In this document: positions 14,376 to 24,709 of the stretch, in pieces
Layout: every line of letters begins with the position of its first letter
How positions within the stretch are numbered: the stretch's first letter is position 1
NCBI RefSeq assembly: GCF_018977255.1
Contig: NW_024704742.1
Location: forward strand, 22,880,001-22,944,000
DNA length: 64,000 nucleotides
From: Callorhinchus milii
Taxonomy: Eukaryota
Reading direction: 5' to 3'
The notes under the pieces: generated by a model
The model's input: the letters and a program-made list of their open reading frames with translations, nothing else
Database searches by the model: none
Told to the model about the DNA's origin: nothing
Translations under genes and position numbers: made by a program

Positions 14376-14665
14376 AACAAAAATAACAACGAGATTACAT
14401 TTGTATAGCGCCTTTCATGTCGAGAGGAGGTCCCAAGGCGCTGGACAGTGTACAACATTTCAGACCTGAGCTGGGGTCAGGGAGGGAGAAGGGAGTGGAA
14501 GGGGGTTGACTGATGGTATGGTCGAAGAGGAGGGGTTTGAGGCGGAACTTGAAGGAGGCTAAGGAGGGGGCGAGGCGGAGTGACTGGGGGATTGAATTCC
14601 AGAGGTTGGGGGCAGAGTGGCTGAAGGCTTTCCCGCCAATGGTGGGGCGGGTGGGTCGGGGGACG
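14376..14665 (-). mobile_element. 5'-truncated L2 LINE 3' fragment
   Basis: Reverse complement matches the 3' end of the L2 at 58.8-60.1 kb, with (TTG)n-type tail. Confidence 0.88.
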
Positions 14666-15050
14666 TTTTTTTCTGAACCGTCCCTCGCTTTACTGAACCC
14701 AGGTCTCTCGCTTGGGAGGCGATTGCTCTAACCACTGAGCTACAGGACTCCCATTCCTTGTAAAAAAAAAAGTTCCAAAAAAACAATTACCTTATTGTCA
14801 AAAGAACTGGAATTGTACCATTTTAAAACTGATGGATATCAAACAACTGTGTTACAGTGTGGAATACGGAAATTGTGTTGTACACCATGCTACACCCATT
14901 AAGAAGAGTTATACACGATTGACTGTCATAATGAATCCAAGTAGCAATCGAAGGCGATTCTGTTGATGGTAGATTGGGTTCACATTGGTGCATTCTGCCT
15001 GTACAGTAATAGCATGCACCAGATGCTAATCTTTAATGGCCCATCATCAA

Positions 15051-15359
15051 AATAATAATAATAATAATCCTTGCATTTGATATAACGCTTTTCACATCTG
15101 CTAGATGTCTCAAAGCGCGTTCATTTATACTGTAAAGCGAATTGACTATATTTTGTGGGCAAAATGCGGCAGACAATTGTGCACAGCAGTGTCCCACAAA
15201 CAGTCGTGGATTGATTGACCAATTTATTATTGTCTTTTTTTTCTTGAAGGATTATTATCAGGTGTGTGGAGTAAGGAAAGGGTTTCGCCCTGGCGGGAAC
15301 TGAACCCAGGTCTCTCGCTTGGGAGGCGATTGCTCTAACCACTGAGCTACAGAACTCCC
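15051..15359 (-). mobile_element. Full-length tRNA SINE
   Basis: (AAT)n tail, core, and reverse-complemented A/B boxes (CTAACCACTGAGCTACAG). Confidence 0.9.
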
Positions 15360-15943
15360 ATTCCTTGTAAACTAGCAAATGGAGATAATAATAATAATAA
15401 TCCTTACATGCATTTAGTGAGCAAGTGAGGGTAAGATATTATAGCAGCATGAATAACTGCGTAAGGTTCAGAAGACAAAAAAGGAGATAATTTAAACCAT
15501 TTGGACCGCGCATTCATGCAAAGTTGGAGAAAGGTTATATTTGTTCAATCCCAGATAAGCTAAAACTCTCTTTGAAAATTTGTCTCAGAATTGGTAGAAC
15601 ATCAATTCCAGGATATTTTCACTTCATCCCCCATTTCTCCAAAAAAAAGAACTTGAAATTCATCTTTCTATCCTACTGTAGAACTACAGGCCTTTCCTGT
15701 ACCTGGCTAAACATTTCTTGTGCAATTCTGAAAGAAAGCATCATGTTTTCCAACACTAAAGAACATTAATAACATTGAAAAATCAAGACGTTTCTGCATA
15801 TGTTAAACCATCTTACTTTTTAAAAAAAATGATTTAAATGAGAATGTCATGGTTATATTGCTCCTGCCCACGTTCAGTGGCAACCTGACTTTGTTTCAAG
15901 TTTCACAATTAATTCAGAATTAAGAGATTTTTATTGAACTCAC

Positions 15944-17747
15944 CGTGACATGTTCTCAGGAATATATCCTTGCACCGGGTAGCCATCACTCCTCCCTGGA
16001 GGTGTGGAGATCTGTGTCATGATAGGGCGTGATTTCCAAGATCCAAGCAGAGTACACACAGGTGGAATTAGATTCACAAATTGTTGTCTCTGATCTTTCA
16101 TATAAGGTCGGGGCAAGGAGATCGTGCCACCGGCTCCAATTCTGTAGTGAAACGATTGTCCAGTCGAGTTAACACCTACAACAGTGGATGGAGACGAACA
16201 GCTGCCTTGACAGTAACTTTCGTCATTTGGCTCCTGTTTGATCACTGGGGTCAAGATGGGTTGCAAAAAAACATCATGCTCATAACTAGAAGTTGATGAG
16301 GATGCAGCTGCCCCTAAAATCCCACATATATCGAATGTGTCTCCATAACTCATTTTGCCGTCATTTGTGAGATGTGCAATTTCTGAAAAGGGATTTTCTG
16401 AAACTTGACTATCGTACATCATGTTCAGGCAAGCATCTTCGTTCATTTCACACTTTATTGGCAGTGAGAAGGTAGAATCAGTTAATTCTGAGCTACCTCG
16501 ACTGAGGAAACACGACTCACTAAAATCACTGTCCACTTCAGTTTTTATAAACTGAACAGGATTCATATTGTTCAACATTCCTGTTTCCAAACCTTCAACT
16601 TTTGGTTTCTCCTCCTTAAACACATTCATTTCTCTGTTACTTTGGCTTCTTGCACCTGTGTTCTGGGGGGAATCCAGGACCAATCGTAACCCATTTGAGG
16701 GGTTCAAAGGGGGAAAATGCAAGTTATTTAGAACAGGTCTATAGGCAGAAGAGCCCACTCTGTTATTGTTAGATGGGCTGTATAAAGAAGAGCCTAACAT
16801 GTTATTATCCACTGGGGCAGAGCTAGGAGAAGCCAAATTAGTAGGAATAGAAGTGGGAGAGCTCAGGTTGTTAGGACTAGAGACAGAAGATCTTAGGTTA
16901 TTCACATTGGCAGGATTAGAGATAGAGGAGCCCAAGCTGTTCATATTACTGGGGCTAGTCATCGTTAGGTTATTTATTTTAGATGGACTAGAAATAGAAC
17001 AACGCACAGCACTAGGGCTAGCGACAGAGGTGCTCAGGTTATTGATATTATCAGGACTAGCGATGGAAGAGCCCAGATTGCTTACAGTGTCAGGACTAGA
17101 GAGAGCTAAGCAATTTATTTTAGAAGGGCTAGAGACGCAAGAGCCCATATTGTTAGGGCTTGACATAGCTGATCCTAGATTATTAAAGCTTGTAGGACTG
17201 GACATGCAAGAACCAAGACTACTTCTTCCAGGGCTAGAGGAAGAAGAACAGCGCCTCTTCCCTTGCTTTAATAAGATGGAATTCATCTTTTCCTCACTCT
17301 GAAGACTGATTTCTTGTCCATCACTTTCACTATTGTTGCCAGGCCTTCCGTCCATTTGTTCAGAATGCAGACCGTAGTTAAACTCGTTCCCCATTTCCTT
17401 TACTGAATTCATGTACAAACCCATAGACTCGGCCACGGTTTTTGACAGCTCTTTAGCAGATCCACCATTACATTTGGGATCTGAAATGAGACAAACGTGT
17501 TGGTGTCGACACTGCTGATGAGAATGATGATGCTGAAGATGGGTAAAGAATCGCTGACTCTCTTCACCAGCATGAAGTTTTGTCACTGGGGGTATGTAGC
17601 TAATATTGAGAACAGTCAGTCCACTGTAGTCTCCAATCTCATCTCCCATATTGCTTAATTTACAATTGTTTAGGTTCCACAGTTCTTCCGCATTAATTCC
17701 TTTTGTGTCACTGAAATATCGTTTCAATTTCTGGCACGTTAACACAC
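15944..17747 (-). CDS. nr3c2: Mineralocorticoid receptor N-terminal (A/B) domain exon (mammalian exon 2 equivalent); partial CDS, first in-frame ATG at 17649
   Basis: ORF 15940..17745 contains MR motifs [14 protein letters not shown], a Ser/Pro/Asn SSP repeat array, VQFIKTE, PIKCE, VIKQEPND, VVGVNSTGQSFHYRIGAGGTISL and DGYPVQGYIPENMS (human DGYPVLEYIPENVSS). Acceptor TTTTTCTTCTAG|GT (AG at 17749-17748). Donor TCACG|GTGAGT (GT at 17943-equivalent position 15943-15942, phase 2); the ORF stop lies inside the donor. ATG 17649 is in strong context (AGCAATATGG). Confidence 0.96.
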
Positions 17748-18028
17748 CTAGAAGAAAAATGTATTTTTATAATTTTTTTTAAGAAAGCACACATTCTTTC
17801 AATACCAGCAAATAAAATATTTGTGTCACTTTAAACATAATAAATAGTTCAAAGAAAGAAAACTTTCAATTTACATTACCCTAGAGCAAACATATTTGTT
17901 TAAGATTTTCCAAATTAAATACATACTCAAGTCAGAACATTTCAGAGTGAAGTTCGCATTCTCTACAGCAATACACTAGTCTCTCTGTATAACATTGCTG
18001 TGGGACCTGTAGAATGCATATCCCACTT

Positions 18029-18727
18029 AACAACAACAACAACAAAATTGCATTTGTATAGCGCCTTTCACGTTGGGAGGACATCCCAAATAATAATAAT
18101 AATAATAATAATCCTTGCATTTGATATAGCGCTTTTCACGTCGGGAGGATGTCCCAAAGCGCTTCACAGAACACACTGTAAAGTGAATTGACTGTATATT
18201 TGTGGGCGAACGCGGCAGCCAATTGCGCACAGCAATGTCCCACAAACAGTCGTAGATTGAAAATGACCAATTTTTTTTGTTTTGTTTTTTTAAAGGGATT
18301 ATTATTAGGCTCTGTGTGGAGTAAGGAAACTTGCCCGAGGTTTCGCCCTCTGCCTGGAATTGAACTCAGGTCTCTCGCTTGCAAAGCAAGTGCTCTAACC
18401 ACTGAGCTACAGGACTCCACAAAGGCGCTGGACAGACAGAGTTTCGGACCCGAGTTGAGGATCGGGGTGGGGGAGGGTGGAGGGGGGGAAGCAGGAGATC
18501 GAAAGAATGGTCGAAGAGGAGAGTCTTGAGGTGGGTCTTGAAAGTGACGAGGGAGGGGGTGAGATGGAGGGACTGCGAGAGGGTTGGTGCAGAATTGTGG
18601 AAGGCCCGCCCGCCAATTGTGGTACGAGCAAGGTGGGGGACGTGAAGCAGGCCGGAGCCCGCTGAGCAGAGGGAGCGAACAGGGTGGTAGAGGGTTAGGA
18701 GGTCGGAGAGGTAGGGGGGAGCAAGAT
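18029..18727 (-). mobile_element. L2 3' fragment interrupted by a SINE
   Basis: (AAC)n tail and stem-loop to ...GGACATCCCAAA, resuming at AAAGGCGCTGGACAG (18421) and continuing with L2-like sequence. Confidence 0.87.
18090..18420 (-). mobile_element. Full-length young tRNA SINE nested in L2
   Basis: Near-identical reverse complement of 6541-6858. Confidence 0.94.
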
Positions 18728-19543
18728 GATCTTAGTGAAGGAATATTATAGAAAGGTTGTCATTTATATCTTTCATGAGCATGTTATGTGCAGTGGTAAA
18801 AATTTAGAGCAAACATCTACTATATTATAATTATTAGCATTGCAGTCAGTTGCCGATAAGTTACACATTTAAAGCAGCAAAACATTGCACTGGGTTTGGA
18901 AACTAATCGGCAAAAACGTATTTAGAAAAAATGCGGAGAACGTTTGCGCAAAGAAAGATACAGTATATATATATATATGCACAACATAAAACACACAGCA
19001 AAAATAGCAATGCACATTGGTGGTTGAAAGCAAATTGTGGGTGAAACTGCAATAGTTGTATAAACCCCAAACCAAAAATTAGAATCAGAATCCTGATGAT
19101 AAAAAAGCAAGTAACTTTTCTTCCTTCCTTCCCTCTCTTCGCTCAAAAGTTTATCAAATATCTCAAGTTTCCCACGATGGGCTGGCCAACAGTCCCCAAG
19201 GTACAATAAAAAAAATCACTGACTCTGGGCAGATCCCTGTTGGCAAATCGGCTGCCAAATACACAGTCACTACATTTTACAGAAAACTCTTGTGAAGCGT
19301 TTTGAGAGCGAGTTGCACATGACACTCGCCCAGGGATTACCGCAAATACTCAGGTGCATTCAGCACTCAAACTTGCGCCGACTACAACCCTCCCCCTGGA
19401 TATTCTCTCCTCGACCCCCCCCCACCCTCCCCAGTCGATGGGTCGGGTCAGTGTCTGGGGCTGGTGGGGGTGCAGGAACCCCGGATCCTGCAGCGCTGTT
19501 CGCAACACAACGTTAACACGTTAAAAAACAACGCAAGACTGAT

Positions 19544-19766
19544 CATAATAATCCCTCCAAAACCAAAAACAATAATAAATTGGTCATTTTCAATCTACGA
19601 CTGTTTGTGGGACATTGCTGTGCGCAATTGGCTGCCGCGTTCGCCCACAAATATGCAGTCAATTCACTTTACAGTGTCTTCTGTGAAGCGCTTTGGGACG
19701 TCCTCCCGACGTGAAAAGCGCTATATCAAATGCAAGGATTATTATTATTATTATTATTATTATTAT
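19544..19766 (+). mobile_element. 5'-truncated young SINE
   Basis: Core and tail match the family consensus; tRNA head absent; long (ATT)n tail. Confidence 0.92.
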
Positions 19767-19927
19767 CAGCATCAGCCAAGGTCTGGGCTCCCACAGCAAC
19801 AAAGTGACCTGTGGGTCTGTCTCTCTCTGGATGTGACACACTGTTCCTCTCGCAGCGCTGCTACTTACTTCACCTGTACTTTCTGCCAATGTATCTTATC
19901 TCCAACACTTACTTACTACTTACTTAC

Positions 19928-20220
19928 CTGTTGATCCGACTCTTTCTCTGTTGCTCGACTGCTCAAACCAAACCAGAGGACAGGTCAAAAAAAAAAGAAA
20001 ACTTCCTTCAACACAACAACTTCAGCCTCTCTTTCTCTCTCTCTCCCTCTCTCTCTCTGTGTGTCTGTCTGTCCGCCTGTCTTTGCTTTTGTAAATTATA
20101 TTTTAAATATATATTATATATATATATATAAAAAGAGTTCCTGGCAAAAATAGAAGCCGAAAGCAATTGAAATTACAAGTGAAACTGTCAGCGTTGCCTC
20201 TGGAGTTAACCCCGCGACTC
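19928..20220 (-). other. Candidate proximal non-coding first exon of nr3c2 (5' boundary uncertain)
   Basis: Perfect donor CAG|GTAAGT (GT at 19927-19926), 2.2 kb upstream of the acceptor, followed by further GTAAGT copies. No ATG in the adjacent upstream sequence. Mammalian NR3C2 has alternative non-coding first exons. Confidence 0.45.
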
Positions 20221-20685
20221 AGTGTGTGGTGTGTGTGGTGAGTGAGTGAGTGAGTGTCTCCCAGCGGCTGCTGGTGTTACATGTACCTGTGGATACACAT
20301 GTCAGCTCAGCGCCTGGAGAAGCTTCACACACACACACACACACACACACAAAATACCTCAAACACCAGCACATCATCTCACAAGGAACTCAATTGCCAT
20401 GATTTCTGTCCACCTTTTTATGTGTGGGAGGGATGGTTTCTACCCTCCCCCTCCCTCCCTCCCTCCTCCCCCCCTCCCCCCAAGAGCTTTTTTGGGGAGG
20501 ATATTACAGATTTTTTAAAAAAATGTACATATATACAGTATCTGCTCTCTCTCTGTATCTCTCTCTCCGTCCCCCCCCAAAAAAAAACTGGCTGTGAAGA
20601 GGGAGGAGAGAGAGAGAGGGGCGAATGATTGGTTGGGGTGCAGAGGCTCTGAGTGCTGACTGGTAGCCTGGGGTGGAAACCCCGC

Positions 20686-22085
20686 CTGTCTGTCTGTGTG
20701 TCTGTCTGTCTGTGTGTCTGTCTATCTGTCTGTCTGTCTATCTGTGTGTGTGTGTCTGTCTGTCTGTGTGTCTGTCTGTGTGTGTCTGTCTGTCTGTGTG
20801 TCTGTGTGTGTGTCTGTGTGTGTGTGTCTGTCTGTGTGTCTGTGTGTGTGTCTGTGTGTGTGTGTCTGTGTGTGTCTGTGGGTGTGTGTCTGTCTGTGTG
20901 TGTCTGTCTGTGTGTGTGTCTGTCTGTGTGTGTGTCTGTCTGTGTGTGTGTCTGTGTGTGTCTGTCTGTGTGTGTGTCTGTCTGTGTGTGTCTGTGTGTG
21001 TGTTTATCTGTGTGTCTGTCTGTGTGTGTCTGTCTGTGTGTGTCTGTCTGTGTGTGTGTGTGTGTCTGTCTGTCTGTCTGTGTGTGTGTGTCTGTGTGTG
21101 TGTCTGTCTGTGTGTGTCTGTGTGTGTTTATCTGTGTGTGTGTGTCTGTCTGTGTGTGTGTCTGTCTGTGTGTGTCTGTGTGTGTTTATCTGTGTGTGTG
21201 TGTCTGTCTGTGTGTGTCTGTCTGTGTGCGTGTCTGTCTGTGTGTGTGTCTGTCTGTGTGTGTCTGTGTGTGTGTTTATCTGTGTGTGTGTGTCTGTCTG
21301 TGTGTGTCTGTCTGTCTGTGTGTGTCTGTCTGTCTGTGTGTGTCTGTCTGTGTGTGTCTGTCTGTGTGTGTCTGTCTGTGTGTGTGTCTGTCTGTGTGTG
21401 TGTCTGTCTGTGTGTGTGTGTGTCTGTGTGTGTCTGTGTGTGTGTTTATCTGTGTGTGTGTGTTTATCTGTGTGTGTGTCTGTCTGTGTGTGTCTGTCTG
21501 TCTGTGTGTGTCTGTCTGTGTGTGTCTGTCTGTGTGTGTGTCTGTCTGTGTGTGTGTCTGTCTGTGTGTGTCTGTGTGTGTGTTTATCTGTGTGTGTGTG
21601 TCTGTCTGTGTGTGTCTGTCTGTGTGTGTCTGTCTGTGTGTGTCTGTCTGTCTGTGTGTGTCTGTCTGTGTGTGTCTGTCTGTGTGTGTGTCTGTCTGTG
21701 TGTGTGTCTGTCTGTGTGTGTGTGTGTCTGTGTGTGTCTGTGTGTGTGTTTATCTGTGTGTGTGTGTCTGTCTGTGTGTGTGTGTCTGTCTGTCTGTGTG
21801 TCTGTCTGTGTGTGTGTCTGTCTGTGTGTGTGTCTGTCTGTGTGTGTCTGTCTGTGTGTGTGTGTCTGTCTGTCTGTGTGTGTCTGTGTGTGTGTTTATC
21901 TCTGTGTGTGTGTTTATCTGTGTGTGTCTGTCTGTGTGTGTGTCTGTCTGTCTGTGTGTGTGTGTCTGTGTGTGTGTGTGTCTGTCTGTCTGTGTGTGTC
22001 TGTGTGTGTGTTTATCTGTGTGTGTGTGTCTGTCTGTGTGTGTCTGTGTGTGTGTGTGTGTCTGTCTGTCTGTGTGTGTCTGTCT
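20686..22085. repeat. ~1.4 kb compound (TG)n/(TCTG)n microsatellite
   Basis: Directly visible; almost only T, G, C on + strand with occasional TTTATC variants. Confidence 0.98.
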
Positions 22086-22593
22086 GGCTCCTCGCCCAGG
22101 CTCAACCTTGCCAGATTTGGGCGGGTTTCACGCCCAACTGGGCTTGTTTTCTGTTGCACGGCATTCGTACGTGTGTGTGTGTGTGTGTGTGTGTGTTTCT
22201 TTTTTTAAAAAAAAACTTGCTTTTGGGGTAAGTGCCTGATTTGGGGGATTTTTTTTCTGTTTTTTTTAAAAAAAAACCAAACCCGTTTCCCTCCCCCATT
22301 TGAAGTCCCCTTCTCTCACGGGTTTCAACAGCGCTGAGACTCAAATCGGCCGCTCTGCTGCTACTCGCCCAATAATCCTGTGCAATGGTCTCGGTCTACT
22401 TTTTTGGGTGGACTTTGGGCTATCAGTTTTAATTCCTGCCAAACCTGCCCCCGGATCAGTGGGAGCTCTCAGCGCCATCCCCACCCCCCCCCCCCCCCCC
22501 CACCTTTAAAGACATTTCCTCCCACAGTTTCGCAGTCACCGATCTGAATTGCTACTGTCCCAACACTGTGCAATGAGATTGGGCTATACTTTT

Positions 22594-22848
22594 TGTGCGT
22601 GTTGTGCAGTGTGTGTGTGTGTGTTGTGCAATGTGTGTGTGTTGTGCAGTGTGTGTGTGTGTTGTGCAGTGTGTGTGTGTGTGTGTGTTGTGCAGTGTGT
22701 GTGTGTTGTGCAGTGTGTGTGTGTGTGTGTTGTGCAGTGTGTGTGTGTGTGTTGTGCAGTGTGTGTGTGTGTGTTGTGCAGTGTGTGTGTGTGTTGTGCA
22801 GTGTGTGTGTGTGTGTGTTGTGCAATGTGTGTGTGTGTGTGTGTGTGT

Positions 22849-22879
<31 letters not shown>

Positions 22880-23095
22880 GTGTTGTGCAGTGTGGTGTGT
22901 GTTGTTGTGCAGTGTGTGTGTGTGTGTGTTGTGCAGTGTGTGTGCGTGTTGTGCAGTGTGTGTGTGCGTGTTGTGCAGTGTGTGTGTGTGTGTTGTGCAG
23001 TGTGTGTGTGTGTGTTGTGCAGTGTGTGTGTGTGCGTGTTGTGCAGTGTGTGTGTGTGTGGTGCAGTGTGTGTGTGTGTGTGTTGTGCAGTGTGT
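22594..23095. repeat. Compound tandem repeat GTTGTGCA(GT)n, >20 units
   Basis: Constant TTGTGCA core separated by variable-length GT runs. Confidence 0.97.
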
Positions 23096-24709
23096 TGGTG
23101 GACTTCGGGGCTACAAATGGTAATTCCTTGGCCTGGGTGGTGTGTGGGAGCTGTCAATCCCCTCCCATGGCTTTGGGGAGGAGAGTCATTGCATTGCACA
23201 AATCCCCACCCCCTACACACACACATATATATATACACACAAACAAACGCACACACACACATACCCAAAGGCTTTGCTTGGGAGTTGGCAATCACTACAG
23301 GGCATCGGGTTTATATCTCTCCCCTCCCCTCCCCTATGGGCTGTCAATCACTACAGTTGCATCGGTTTCTTTCCACCTCTCTCTCTCTCTTTCTCTTTCT
23401 TTCTCCCTCCCTCTCTCTCTCTCCTCCCTCTTGACAAGCCGCTGTGTGGGGTGGTGGGGAGGGAGGGAGGGAGGAGGGGGAAGATGTCACTCATGTACTG
23501 GGTGGGTGGGTGGAGGGGGAGCAGAGCTGGGGGGGGGGGGGGTGGGGGGGAAGCTGTCACTCAGGCAAACTGCAGAGGAGACGTTTCCGATACAAGTCGC
23601 GAAAAAAAAAGGAGGTGGGGGTGGAGGGAGGGAGGGAGTGAGGGGGGGAAAGCTTCACATACACAGTGCATCTGAGAGAGAGAGAGAGAGAGAGGCAGAG
23701 CCTGGGCTTAGGATTACGAACCCTCTCCACCACTACCCCATCCAATAGCCCCCTCTCCCCCCCCACCAGTCCTTCAGCATTAGCTCCACACACACACACA
23801 CACCACCCACCTGCCTCCAGCTCACCCCCCCCCCCCTCCTCGGCATCCCTCACTCCTGTCTGTAATATGCATTTATTGTGTGAAATATAATATAACTGCA
23901 ATCCACCCTCTCACACACACCCCACACACTGGACTTGCAAGACTCCACCCCAGTGACGCAGTGTTAAAAAAAAGAAAAGCCATGCGATTCCCTCGGTTGT
24001 TGGTGGTTGTTTTTTTTTGGGTGGGGGGGTGGGGGGGGTGATGCAAATTCGACTTCTTCAGCTTTTATTTCCAGACCCATCTGATTTTTTTTTGAAGGGG
24101 TTGGTGGCTTTGGGGTTCGCCCTCCTTAGCTGAAGGGCTTTGAGTTGCAATTGGATCTGGTCGAATAAAAACACTGTTGAGGTCTTTATTTTTGCACGTT
24201 GTGGGGGGGGGGGGGGGGAGAAGTGTGTGGGACACACACACACACACTCTTTCTATTTCCATTCCCCCCCCCCCCACCACCACCCCCAAACATAACGATT
24301 GGCAAAAGTTTTTATTTGACAATTTTGTACATGATTCTTTCTTACCCACCAGTTCTCCACACACACTCAACACACACACACTCAACATAGCCCCCACCCC
24401 ACCACCACCCTCCCCTCCCTCCATCAACCCCCCCACAGAGAGATTGCACAGAGAGCTGGTCAGTGCAATGGTGGGGGGGGGAGAGAGAGAGCAGCAGCCG
24501 TGAGGTTGGGCTTTAATTTGATGGCTTTAACTCCAGGGAAAGGTCAATCCACGCAACACCTCGGTGACAACACACACCACACACACACACACAACACGGG
24601 GTGACTTTGCGACCAAGAGGAGGATGTGCTTCACAACCAGAAGCCCACCTTAGCACCAGAGAGAGGGAGAGGGAGAGGGACAGGAAAATAAGCACTCCAA
24701 CTACAACAC

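Larger units (their letters stand above)
1..15943 (-). other. nr3c2: Long intron downstream of the nr3c2 NTD exon (continues beyond window)
   Basis: Begins at the GTGAGT donor. No C4 zinc-finger exon (CLVCGDEASGCHYG) seen in 1-15943; only repeat remnants and short spurious ORFs. Confidence 0.75.

Noticed and set aside
15940..15943. TGA after ENMSR as a true stop giving a truncated receptor
   Set aside because: The TGA lies within the GTGAGT splice donor at the expected exon boundary.
16766..17302. 178-aa Leu/Gly-rich antisense ORF resembling a leucine-rich repeat
   Set aside because: Mirror of the Ser/Pro/Asn codons of the receptor repeat; non-ATG start; no independent evidence.
18168..18182. 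AGAACAcacTGTAAA in the SINE as a steroid response element for autoregulation
   Set aside because: Second half-site lacks the critical C of TGTnC, and the word is part of the SINE consensus, so not locus-specific.
22594..23095. CRISPR-like repeat-spacer appearance
   Set aside because: Core is only ~8 nt, spacers are pure (GT)n, there are no cas genes, and the context is vertebrate.
20653..23748. Long Cys/Val-rich and His/Thr-rich ORFs (up to 528 aa)
   Set aside because: Translations of TG/TCTG microsatellites, open in several frames because the repeat lacks stop codons.
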